Shown: one piece after another, positions 1-7,168 of the stretch
How the letters are laid out: each line of letters begins with the position of its first letter
How positions within the stretch are numbered: position 1 is the first letter of the stretch
Source of the DNA: Candidatus Electronema halotolerans
Lineage (GTDB): Bacteria > Desulfobacterota > Desulfobulbia > Desulfobulbales > Desulfobulbaceae
Length of the DNA stretch: 32,000 nucleotides
Assembly: GCA_942493095.1 (NCBI GenBank)
Contig: OW818675.1
Coordinates: forward strand, 810,001-842,000
Direction: 5' to 3'
The notes under the pieces: model-generated
Database searches by the model: none
Seen by the model: only the letters and a program-made list of their open reading frames with translations
Told to the model about the DNA's origin: nothing
Made by a program: the position numbers and the translations under genes

Positions 1-856
1 CCTCCATGCGGACTTGGCAGCGGTCGTAGCTGTCGCCTGTGCTGCCGAGCGGAATGTCGAAATCAAACTGCTCGTAGATCGAATAGGGATCGTTGCGGCG
101 GATATCGTAGTTGACCCCGGAACCGCGCAGCACTGGCCCGGTGCAGCCATAAGAAAGGGCTTTCTCTGGCGAGAGAATACCTATTCCCTTGGTGCGCTCC
201 AAGAAGATGATGTTTTTGTTGAGCAGGGTTTGGTATTCGTCCAACTGCTTGCGCAAAAGAGGAATCAGGCTTTTGATGCGAGGAATGAAGCCATCCGGCA
301 CATCTGCCGAGGCACCGCCGGGCCGGAAATAGTTCACAGTCAGGCGTGCGCCGCAGAGTTCTTCAAAAATATCGTTGATCAGCTCGCGCTCGCGGAAGCC
401 ATAAAAATAGGTGGTGAAGGCACCCATGTCCATGCCGAGAACACCCCACCAAAGCAGGTGCGACTGGAGCCGTTGCAACTCGCTGACCATGACCCGGATG
501 TATTCGCCGCGCTCCGGCACACCGATGTTCAATGCTTTTTCAACGGTCATGCAGAGGCAGAGATTGTTGAAAAAGGCGGACAGATAGTCGAGCCGGTCAG
601 ACAGGTGGATGTTCTGGATGTATGTCTGGCTTTCCGCCATCTTCTCGATGCCACGATGGATGTAGCCAAGATGCGGCACCACTTCCACGACGGTCTCGCC
701 GTTGAGCCGGACCACCACCCGGAGTACGCCGTGGGTGCTGGGATGCTGCGGCCCGATGTTGACAAAGAAGTCTTCCGCTTCGCTGTCCTCGGATAATGGC
801 AGCTTGAAGCCTTCCGGTAACGGACTGGCAGATATGCCTACTGTTTCTGTTTGCAT
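1..856 (-). CDS. nuoD: NADH-quinone oxidoreductase subunit D (N-terminal part; C-terminus lies beyond the window start)
   Basis: The minus frame is open from the window edge to the ATG at 854-856. It is absent from the ORF track because the window truncates it. My translation is MQTETVGISASPLPEGFKLPLSEDSEAEDFFVNIGPQHPSTHGVLRVVVRLNGETVVEVVPHLGYIHRGIEKMAE..., which carries the NuoD/49-kDa signature blocks. The listed + ORF 14..796 is its antisense shadow. Confidence 0.9.
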   Translation of the reverse strand, partial: MQTETVGISASPLPEGFKLPLSEDSEAEDFFVNIGPQHPSTHGVLRVVVRLNGETVVEVVPHLGYIHRGIEKMAESQTYIQNIHLSDRLDYLSAFFNNLCLCMTVEKALNIGVPERGEYIRVMVSELQRLQSHLLWWGVLGMDMGAFTTYFYGFRERELINDIFEELCGARLTVNYFRPGGASADVPDGFIPRIKSLIPLLRKQLDEYQTLLNKNIIFLERTKGIGILSPEKALSYGCTGPVLRGSGVNYDIRRNDPYSIYEQFDFDIPLGSTGDSYDRCQVRME

Positions 857-893
857 CTCATTCTCTCAGTTCAGGCGGCAACAGCAATGAATT

Positions 894-1286
894 TCATATC
901 TCGGTCAAATAGCTGCTCATGATTTCGTCCAGCACTTCCGGCAAGGCAGGAGTTACAGCAAAAATGATTCCCGTGACTGTATGTTTATGTTCAGAAAAAC
1001 CAAGGGCAGGTTTATGGGCAGCATTGTTATAGCGAAATCGTAGCATGGCATCAGCATTCTGATAATGAAATGAATACATTTTTCTGTCAAGGCCATGCCG
1101 GAGATCAAGATACTCTTTGAAAAAAAGCGTTGAACCGTCGGTAAAAGTCACAATTCCTTTCAGCAGACCGAGCTGTTCTGTTCGCATATCTGCGGTCAGC
1201 TCAGAATGAACAAGCAGTTCACTGCGGCTGAACTCCGCAAGAACATTCTGAATATCAAGGACATATTCACTGAACAGCATACTCAA
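894..1286 (-). CDS. Small protein resembling the DUF6516/TumE-like putative toxin family
   Basis: 130-aa ORF that overlaps the upstream 97-aa ORF by 20 nt. The block YSFHYQNADAMLRFRYNNAAHKPALGFSEHKHT matches my recollection of the DUF6516/TumE pattern (Y-x-YHYQ ... RYDNAPH ... HHKH). The family assignment is from memory and not searched. Confidence 0.45.
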   Translation of the reverse strand: MSMLFSEYVLDIQNVLAEFSRSELLVHSELTADMRTEQLGLLKGIVTFTDGSTLFFKEYLDLRHGLDRKMYSFHYQNADAMLRFRYNNAAHKPALGFSEHKHTVTGIIFAVTPALPEVLDEIMSSYLTEI

Positions 1287-1560
1287 TCTGTTGCAGCAGA
1301 TGGAGTTCTTCCAACACCGCTTGACGGATATTGATTTCTCCCATCCAGCTTACATAATCATCATCTCCGCCTGCCAAATCTTCCGCTGAACAGTCGTTCT
1401 GAAATTGTTCTGAAGACATATTGTATTTTTCTTCAAATTTCTGAATTTCTTTTTCTGTTTTCCGCAGGCCGATTTCGATGCGCCTCATTTTGGCGGCAAT
1501 GGCGGATTGAATAACAGGAAGTGCATTCTGCTGATCAGAAGCAATATGAAGCCGTATCAT
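1267..1560 (-). CDS. Small acidic coiled-coil protein, putative antitoxin-like partner of the downstream 130-aa gene
   Basis: 97-aa ORF immediately upstream of and overlapping the TumE-like gene, a typical two-gene TA layout. It has a charged helical middle (RKTEKEIQKFEEKYNMSSEQF) and an acidic patch (AEDLAGGDDDY). I recognised no family. Confidence 0.4.
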   Translation of the reverse strand: MIRLHIASDQQNALPVIQSAIAAKMRRIEIGLRKTEKEIQKFEEKYNMSSEQFQNDCSAEDLAGGDDDYVSWMGEINIRQAVLEELHLLQQIEYAVQ

Positions 1561-1579
1561 TTTTTCTATCCTTATGACT

Positions 1580-1996
1580 TTAGCTGTCCAGCACCTTGCC
1601 TCGCAACTGCTTGATTCTGCCCTGCCGTGTCTTCCTTTCCAAGCGTTTTTTCTGAGCTGCCTGTGTTATTCTGGTCGGCCTGCGCACTTTCTGCACAACC
1701 ATCGCCCTTTTGATCAAATCCCGCAGCCGCTCCAGCGCATCCTGCCGGTTCTGCTCCTGAGTCCGATATTGCTGGGCCTTGATGATTACCACGCCGTCCT
1801 TGCTCACCCGCGCATCGTTGAGGCAAAGCAAACGCTGCTTGCAGTGATCGGGCAGCGATGAGGCGTTGATGTCAAAACGCAGATGAATCGCTGAGGCAAC
1901 TTTGTTGACGTTCTGCCCGCCCGCTCCCTGCGCCCGGATGGCCAGCAGCTCAATCTCATGATGAGGAATGGAAATATTACGGGAAATGTGAAGCAT
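1580..1996 (-). CDS. arfB: Alternative ribosome-rescue factor ArfB (YaeJ-type peptidyl-tRNA hydrolase)
   Basis: 138 aa with the GGQ motif in the context RAQGAGGQNVNKVASAIHLRFD. It has a Lys/Arg-rich C-terminal tail (KKRLERKTRQGRIKQLRGKV). Size and layout are typical of ArfB. Confidence 0.9.
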   Translation of the reverse strand: MLHISRNISIPHHEIELLAIRAQGAGGQNVNKVASAIHLRFDINASSLPDHCKQRLLCLNDARVSKDGVVIIKAQQYRTQEQNRQDALERLRDLIKRAMVVQKVRRPTRITQAAQKKRLERKTRQGRIKQLRGKVLDS

Positions 1997-1999
1997 GTT

Positions 2000-2050
2000 T
2001 CAATACGGCCTTTTCACCACCCGAGTCGGGTCGTCATAATCCTTGCGCAG
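2000..2050. repeat. Direct repeat copy 1: orphan duplicate of the last 16 codons plus stop of nuoC
   Basis: tcaatacggccttttcaccacccgagtcgggtcgtcataatccttgcgcag is identical, 51/51 nt by hand comparison, to 2784-2834, the genuine nuoBC 3' end (...[16 protein letters not shown]). Confidence 0.95.
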
Positions 2051-2056
2051 TCAGCT

Positions 2057-2455
2057 TCATGAACGCAACTTTTCGCTAACTGCTTCATGAATTTTTTCTG
2101 CAATCTCAAGAAGGGACATTGCTTGCTCTTTGCTTGGCAAGCCTGAAGGGAGCAAGCCGAAACTGCCGGGATATCTTGTATCAATGTACACATCATCAAT
2201 CAAATCAAGCTCGTCTGCCGTCACTGGCAAAGTAATACCAGTGCTCTCAACAACCAAGTTGTGCAGCCTGTTCACGCCATGAATCTTTGGAACATTCTGG
2301 CCATTTTCTTCCAAAAGTGCTTTCAAGGATTTTTCCACACATTGCTGTGAGTGAAACAAAACAATATTTGCAAGATATTCACTTTCAGCAAGTTTCATCG
2401 CTGCATCAATATCTCTTGAGGCAAATTCAAGCCATGCTTTTGTCTGCTCTTTCAT
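2057..2455 (-). CDS. HEPN domain protein (putative toxin of an MNT/HEPN pair)
   Basis: 132 aa, all-helical. It carries HEPN (PF05168-type) hallmarks: SQQCVEKSLKALL ... IHGVNRLH ... IDTRYPG. Its ATG overlaps the stop of the upstream nucleotidyltransferase gene in an ATGA overlap at 2452-2455. Confidence 0.8.
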   Translation of the reverse strand: MKEQTKAWLEFASRDIDAAMKLAESEYLANIVLFHSQQCVEKSLKALLEENGQNVPKIHGVNRLHNLVVESTGITLPVTADELDLIDDVYIDTRYPGSFGLLPSGLPSKEQAMSLLEIAEKIHEAVSEKLRS

Positions 2456-2784
2456 GCCAAGCGAATGCCTTCCTGCTCAATCTGCTTAATGAATGAACTG
2501 CCGGAATTTTTTAGCGCAGCCCATTCATCTTTTGTATAAACAAGCAGATCAATTGGAATCTTTTTTCTCAATTCCCGCAGGCGCATGGAAACAGTTTTTT
2601 TGTTTTCCAGCACTTCGGCATAACTGACGCTCATCCCTTCTTTGTCAAGGATAACCAGCAGATCAACATCGCTTTCCTCTTGCGCGGCCTCATGAGCATA
2701 GGAGCCAAAAATCAGCACTTGGTGAAAAGGCTGATTTTTGAAAATATCTATCAGCTCCTGTTTGATTGTCTTAAAATCAAGCAT
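2452..2784 (-). CDS. Minimal nucleotidyltransferase (MNT, putative antitoxin of the MNT/HEPN pair)
   Basis: About 110 aa with the pol-beta-type NTase motif IFGSYAHEAAQEESDVDLLVIL (GS...DxD). The ATG at 2782-2784 shares its A with the nuoBC stop codon (TGATG). The ORF-track start at 2787 is a TTG one codon upstream. Confidence 0.85.
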   Translation of the reverse strand: MLDFKTIKQELIDIFKNQPFHQVLIFGSYAHEAAQEESDVDLLVILDKEGMSVSYAEVLENKKTVSMRLRELRKKIPIDLLVYTKDEWAALKNSGSSFIKQIEQEGIRLA

Positions 2785-2834
2785 CAATACGGCCTTTTCA
2801 CCACCCGAGTCGGGTCGTCATAATCCTTGCGCAG
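2784..2834. repeat. Direct repeat copy 2: the functional 3' end of nuoBC
   Basis: Identical to 2000-2050. The two copies flank exactly the 733-bp MNT/HEPN cassette (2051-2783). Confidence 0.95.
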
Positions 2835-4058
2835 CGGGTAGCCGGGAAACTCATTTTCCAAGAAAATGCGGCGCAGGTCAGGATGATTGCTGAAGCGGAC
2901 ACCGAACATGTCATAGGCCTCGCGCTCATGCCATTCCGCGCTGCGATAGAGATCAGAAATAGTTACCACTTCTGCATCACCGCTGGCCGGGTCTTTTTCA
3001 GCCCGACTGCGGAAAAAGAGCTTGTGGCCGTCCCGGACCGAAAGAAGCTGGACCACAACATCAAAATATTCCTGCCAATCCACGCAGGTGAGCTGAATGA
3101 GCAGGTCCAGGCCGAGGCTTTGCTCATGGCGCAGATATTCAGCAAAAGCCCGGTACTGCTCCGGTGGCACAGCCAGATCAAGGATGTAATCCGGCCCCAG
3201 CTCCGCAACTGCTTTTGGACTGATTCCCGGATGATCATGCACTTCAACTGCCGGGAATTTTTCCTGCACTGTTTGCAGCAACGTCCAGTTGCTGATGCCT
3301 TTGGCAATCTGCTTTTTCCGGGAGAGCGCAGGGAAGGTCTCCTTTTTCACGCGGCTCGGTTTGGGAGCAGCACTCTTGGGATTCTCGCGCTGAAACTGCT
3401 CTCTGGCATCGCGCAGCTCCTCATCCCGCTGTTGTTCATAAGCTGCCCATTTTTCCTGCGCTTTGGCAAAGAGATTTTCAATAGGCGTTTGCACAAGGCT
3501 GCCGACTTTCCACGGACGGCGGCGGCCTTCCTTCTTGATCTTCTCCTGCAACTGCATGATGCCTTGCAGCAGGGCTTCGGGCCGGGGCGGGCAGCCGGGA
3601 ATATAGACATCCACAGGCACCAGCCGGTCGCCGCCTTTGATCACCGAATACGAATCATAATAAAACGGCCCGCCAGAGATGGCGCAGGAACCCATAGCCA
3701 GAATGTATTTCGGCGCAGGCATCTGCTCGTAGAGGGTGACGAGATTTTTGGCCATCTTCTCGTTGATGGTGCCGGCAAGGATGATCATATCCGCCTGTCG
3801 GACACTGGCCCGCATGACCTCATGGCCGAAACGGGCCAGATCGTGCCGGGCCGCCGCAGTGGACATCATTTCAATGGCGCAGCAGGAGGTGCCATAGACT
3901 AATGGCCAGATCGAATTGGCCCGACCCCACGCCACCAGCAGTTCAACTGCGTCAACTAACTTTACACCGCCGGGAATTTGTTCGATCAGATCGCCGGTCT
4001 GGCGGACCAAGGCGGACGCGCCGTTGTTCACTCCCATACCAGAACTCCTTTGCGCCAT
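2784..4058 (-). CDS. nuoBC: Fused NADH-quinone oxidoreductase subunits B and C
   Basis: The N-terminal half has NuoB motifs ([42 protein letters not shown]). The C-terminal part has the NuoC motif ([27 protein letters not shown]). A Lys/Glu/Arg/Gln-rich linker of about 70 aa sits between them. An alternative start at 4037 (MGVNNG) would overlap nuoA by 10 nt rather than 31. Confidence 0.9.
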   Translation of the reverse strand: MAQRSSGMGVNNGASALVRQTGDLIEQIPGGVKLVDAVELLVAWGRANSIWPLVYGTSCCAIEMMSTAAARHDLARFGHEVMRASVRQADMIILAGTINEKMAKNLVTLYEQMPAPKYILAMGSCAISGGPFYYDSYSVIKGGDRLVPVDVYIPGCPPRPEALLQGIMQLQEKIKKEGRRRPWKVGSLVQTPIENLFAKAQEKWAAYEQQRDEELRDAREQFQRENPKSAAPKPSRVKKETFPALSRKKQIAKGISNWTLLQTVQEKFPAVEVHDHPGISPKAVAELGPDYILDLAVPPEQYRAFAEYLRHEQSLGLDLLIQLTCVDWQEYFDVVVQLLSVRDGHKLFFRSRAEKDPASGDAEVVTISDLYRSAEWHEREAYDMFGVRFSNHPDLRRIFLENEFPGYPLRKDYDDPTRVVKRPY

Positions 4059-4411
4059 GCGTAAATCAGGCCGGAAAAGAGAATAAACATGAAACAGAAC
4101 AGCTCCACGTAAATCAGGTTGATAGTGACCCCGCCTGCCGCGCCTTCAGTGGCGGCCCGAAAAATTTTCATGCAGGGAAACAGGAAAAGTGATTCAATAT
4201 CAAAAAGGAGAAAGAGCAGGGCGAAAATGTAGTAGGCGACTTTGAAGCGGATGCGGGCATCGCCAATGGGTGTTTCCGAGCATTCATACGCCTGCCGTTT
4301 GCGCAGACTCTCCGGCGAGCGGTAGGCAAGCAGCTTGGCAAGCAGAATGGCTCCGCCTGCGAAGAGGGTGCCGAGAAAGGCAGTGCAACCGATCAGAATA
4401 TAACTGTCCAT
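4028..4411 (-). CDS. nuoA: NADH-quinone oxidoreductase subunit A
   Basis: 127 aa with three hydrophobic segments and the NuoA block [38 protein letters not shown]. It sits directly upstream of nuoB. Confidence 0.9.
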   Translation of the reverse strand: MDSYILIGCTAFLGTLFAGGAILLAKLLAYRSPESLRKRQAYECSETPIGDARIRFKVAYYIFALLFLLFDIESLFLFPCMKIFRAATEGAAGGVTINLIYVELFCFMFILFSGLIYAWRKGVLVWE

Positions 4412-4615
4412 AAGACGTTGTCAGTGCTGAATTGAAACAGCTTTCAGGCTGGATGATTCTTTCCCAGTGAAGATCAAAATGGCCTGATTGTCAAGGAGAA
4501 AAAATATTACATTTTTGTCTGAACATTTGCCGCCGCAAGATTCATTGAAACAATATCTTGTTATTTTTCACAAAAACGCATGTTTTGCATTGCGTGACGC
4601 TTGAAAAATTTTTTA

Positions 4616-4644
4616 ATTATACGCCTCCAGTTTTGCCCTGTCAA
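4616..4644 (-). promoter_or_regulatory. Consensus sigma-70 promoter for the nuo operon (TTGACA-17 nt-TATAAT on the minus strand)
   Basis: The minus strand reads ctatTTGACAgggcaaaactggaggcgTATAATtaaaaaa. The -35 box is at 4639-4644, the -10 box at 4616-4621, and the spacer is exactly 17 nt. It lies about 200 nt upstream of the nuoA ATG (4411). Confidence 0.6.
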
Positions 4645-4716
4645 ATAGATAATAGTTATAAACAAGATTAACTTGACTGATGACCATTTTTTCGGCCTGC
4701 CAGCAGCGATGCCCGC

Positions 4717-4746
4717 TTGACGCGGCCTGCGATGACAGAGTATGAT
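4717..4746 (+). promoter_or_regulatory. Putative sigma-70 promoter for the M48 protease gene, divergent from nuo
   Basis: TTGACG (4717-4722), an 18-nt spacer, then TATGAT (4741-4746). It sits about 45 nt upstream of the ATG at 4792 that begins a signal-peptide-like sequence. Confidence 0.45.
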
Positions 4747-4791
4747 TTCTCAAACTTTTTTACTACTGACCAACGCAGCATGTTGACTACA

Positions 4792-6219
4792 ATGAACATA
4801 CGGCTGCCCAGACTCTTGCGCGGCACTGTCGCGGCACTGGCGGCTGTCCAGCTCCTCCTGCCGCCTCCCGCGCAGAGCTTCAGCATTGGCGAGGAACGGC
4901 TGATCGGCGAACAGCTCCTCTATGCGGTTCGCAGTGAATTCAAGGTGCTTGATGACCCGGACATTGCCCAGTACATCAACGGACTGGGCAGACAGGTGCT
5001 GGCCGCCGCCGGGCCGCAGTATTTTGATTATCATTTTTTTGTGATCAAAAATGAGGAGTTCAACGCCTTTGCCGCGCCCTCCGGCCTGATCTTCTTCAAC
5101 AGCGGCCTGATCAGCACCATGAAGAATGAGGATCAGTTAGTCAGCGTCATGGCCCATGAAGTCGGCCACGTGGTCAGCCGTCATATTGCCTCGCGCATGG
5201 CCAAGCAGGGCAAAGTGACGGCTCTCAGCATGTTGTTCGGCTTGGCCAGTTTGGCCGCAGGCAGCCCGGCTTTGACCCAAGGAATCCTCACCGGAGCAAT
5301 GGCCGCAGGCGCGACCGCAGGTCTGAGTTTTTCCCGTCAGGATGAGGAGCAGGCCGACCGGCTGGCCTTTGATTGGCTGCGGGCAATGGGCCGTGATCCT
5401 GAGGCAATGGAGGCCATGCTCAAGACCATGCGCCGGATCAGCCGCTACCGCTCCGAGCAGCTGCCGCCGTATCTGCTCACCCATCCCAACCCTGAAGACC
5501 GGCTTCATTATGTCCAGTCCCTGTTGGAGCTTGAGCACCGCCAGTCCGTGAAAAAGCATCGGAGCAGGCCGCGCCCAAAAGACAGTTTTCCCTTTCTCCG
5601 CTTCAAGTACCGGGTGCTGAGTCTGGCCTTGGAGCCGGAGGACATGCGCCGCTGGTGCGCCAGCATCATTGCCTCGGACAACAAAGAGGAAAGCGGCATG
5701 GCCCGCTACGGGCTGGCTCTGCTCAGTGCCAGAGATATGAATTTCAGCAAGGCTGTCGAGCAGATGGAGCAGGTGCGGCGCGAATATCCGGGCAGAGACA
5801 TTCTTGATATTGATCTGGCTGTGCTCTATGTAGAAGCAGGGCGGATGGACAAGGCCTTGGCCATGCTGCGTCAAGCGCACCAGCGTGATCCGGCAGACAG
5901 TTACGCCGCCTTTCATCTGGCTGAGGCCTTGGAGAAAAGCGGCAGCTTGGCTGAGGCGGAGCGGCTCTATCTGCAAACGGCCAAGGCCATGCCGGATTAT
6001 GCCCAAGTCTATTATGAGCTGGGCCGTCTCAAGTCCCGGCAGGGCAGGGCCGAGGTCAGCAATTTTTATTTGGCCAAGTATTATCTGTACGAAGGCCGGG
6101 TCAAGCAGGCCCAGCAGTATCTGCGCAAGGCGGAAAAAAATCAGAGCCTGCCGCCTGAGCTGCGGAACGAGGCCAAAGCGATTCTGGAGCGGTTGAAAAA
6201 AATCGAGGATGCCTCCTGA
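4792..6219 (+). CDS. BepA/YfgC-like periplasmic M48 metalloprotease with C-terminal TPR domain
   Basis: It has the HEXXH motif (MAHEVGHVVSRH) and a downstream EEQADRLAF block. The N-terminus is signal-like (MNIRLPRLLRGTVAALAAVQLLLPPPAQSF). The C-terminal half is TPR-like (YELGRLKSRQGR, AKYYLYEGRVKQAQQYL). I prefer the start at 4792 because the longer ORF (4717) would begin inside the putative promoter. Confidence 0.85.
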   Translation: MNIRLPRLLRGTVAALAAVQLLLPPPAQSFSIGEERLIGEQLLYAVRSEFKVLDDPDIAQYINGLGRQVLAAAGPQYFDYHFFVIKNEEFNAFAAPSGLIFFNSGLISTMKNEDQLVSVMAHEVGHVVSRHIASRMAKQGKVTALSMLFGLASLAAGSPALTQGILTGAMAAGATAGLSFSRQDEEQADRLAFDWLRAMGRDPEAMEAMLKTMRRISRYRSEQLPPYLLTHPNPEDRLHYVQSLLELEHRQSVKKHRSRPRPKDSFPFLRFKYRVLSLALEPEDMRRWCASIIASDNKEESGMARYGLALLSARDMNFSKAVEQMEQVRREYPGRDILDIDLAVLYVEAGRMDKALAMLRQAHQRDPADSYAAFHLAEALEKSGSLAEAERLYLQTAKAMPDYAQVYYELGRLKSRQGRAEVSNFYLAKYYLYEGRVKQAQQYLRKAEKNQSLPPELRNEAKAILERLKKIEDAS

Positions 6220-6265
6220 ACAAGGAGCGGCGCAAGCGAATACTTTCACATCAAAGGCGAATGCT

Positions 6266-6676
6266 ATGCTGAGACGTTTCTCCGTTTCCCTTGAGGAGCA
6301 GCTGCTGGAGCAGTTTGACGAGTACATCAAAACCCACGGCTATTCCAACCGCTCCGAGGCGGTGCGCGATCTGATCCGGGCCAGACTGATCAACGAGGAG
6401 TGGGAGCAGGACAGCGAGGTGGTCGGCGTGGTCTCCTTGGTCTATGATCATCATCAGGCCAATCTGCAAGACCGGATCACCGAGGTGCAGCACGACTACT
6501 ACCAGTTCATCACCTCTTCGACCCATGTCCACATGGATCATCACAACTGCTTGGAAGTGACCATTGTCAAAGGAAAAGCTTCCAAAGTGCGCGAGCTGTC
6601 AGAACGAATGATCGCCCTGCGCGGGGTCAAGAGCGGCAATTTGACCATGACCTGCACCGGCGACGGGCTGCATTGA
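6266..6676 (+). CDS. nikR: Nickel-responsive transcriptional regulator NikR
   Basis: The N-terminus is ribbon-helix-helix (MLRRFSVSLEEQLLEQFDEYIKTHGYSNRSEAVRDLIRARL). The C-terminal metal-site block is THVHMDHHNCLEV, matching the E. coli NikR H-x-H...C pattern as I recall it. The start was chosen at the internal ATG at 6266. Confidence 0.85.
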   Translation: MLRRFSVSLEEQLLEQFDEYIKTHGYSNRSEAVRDLIRARLINEEWEQDSEVVGVVSLVYDHHQANLQDRITEVQHDYYQFITSSTHVHMDHHNCLEVTIVKGKASKVRELSERMIALRGVKSGNLTMTCTGDGLH

Positions 6677-6693
6677 ATAAAGAGAGGAAAATC

Positions 6694-7131
6694 ATGGAAT
6701 ACCGAAGCGGCACAGTTGGCAGGGTGATTGCGGTTCGTTTTGATCATGGCGAGGATTTTCTTGCCGGGCTGAAGGAACTCGTTCTGCGGGAAAAAATTGA
6801 GAGCGGCTGGTTTCAGATCATTGGCGCGTTCATGCAGGCTGGAACCGTGATCGGCCCGCGTGAGCCGGTGGTACCGCCGGAGCCAGTCTGGCGGAAAATT
6901 GATTCCGTCTCCGAGGTGCTGGGCAGCGGCTCGGTGCATCTGGATCAGGGCGAGCCAAAGATTCATCTTCATGCTGCCTTGGGAAATCACGGCGAGACCC
7001 TGACCGGCTGTGTGCGCAAAGACACCAGAGTCTATCTGACCTTGGAGCTGCTGCTGTTTGAACTGAAGGGTCTGGGGGCGGCAAGGCCTTGGCATGAAGC
7101 AGGAGGTTTCAGCCGCTTGGAATTCAAATGA
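6694..7131 (+). CDS. PPC/DUF296 domain protein
   Basis: About 145 aa. GRVIAVRFDHGEDFLAGLKELVLREKIESGWFQIIGA ... IHLHAALGNHGETLTGCV resembles the DUF296 pattern (..hlH..l.d.dG...GGH). The ATG at 6694 is preceded by agagagg. Confidence 0.65.
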   Translation: MEYRSGTVGRVIAVRFDHGEDFLAGLKELVLREKIESGWFQIIGAFMQAGTVIGPREPVVPPEPVWRKIDSVSEVLGSGSVHLDQGEPKIHLHAALGNHGETLTGCVRKDTRVYLTLELLLFELKGLGAARPWHEAGGFSRLEFK

Positions 7132-7168
7132 AAGCAAAATTACACCAAGAGCTTGACACCTGCGTTCT

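Noticed and set aside
14-796. 260-aa + strand ORF at the left edge
   Set aside because: It is the antisense shadow of nuoD. The minus frame translates to unmistakable NuoD motifs, while the + frame product has no recognisable features.
2883-3902. 339-aa + strand ORF, plus the similar long antisense ORFs 5137-6330(-), 6541-7185(-), 7787-8389(-), 19849-20286(-), 20483-21403(-), 27398-27904(+), 29085-29501(+) and 29541-29942(+)
   Set aside because: Each lies entirely opposite a gene with strong family motifs (nuoBC, M48 protease, nikR/DUF296, ubiD, the oxidoreductase, plsY, prs-like). Their products are low-complexity, Arg/Ala/Gly-rich and typical of GC-rich antisense frames.
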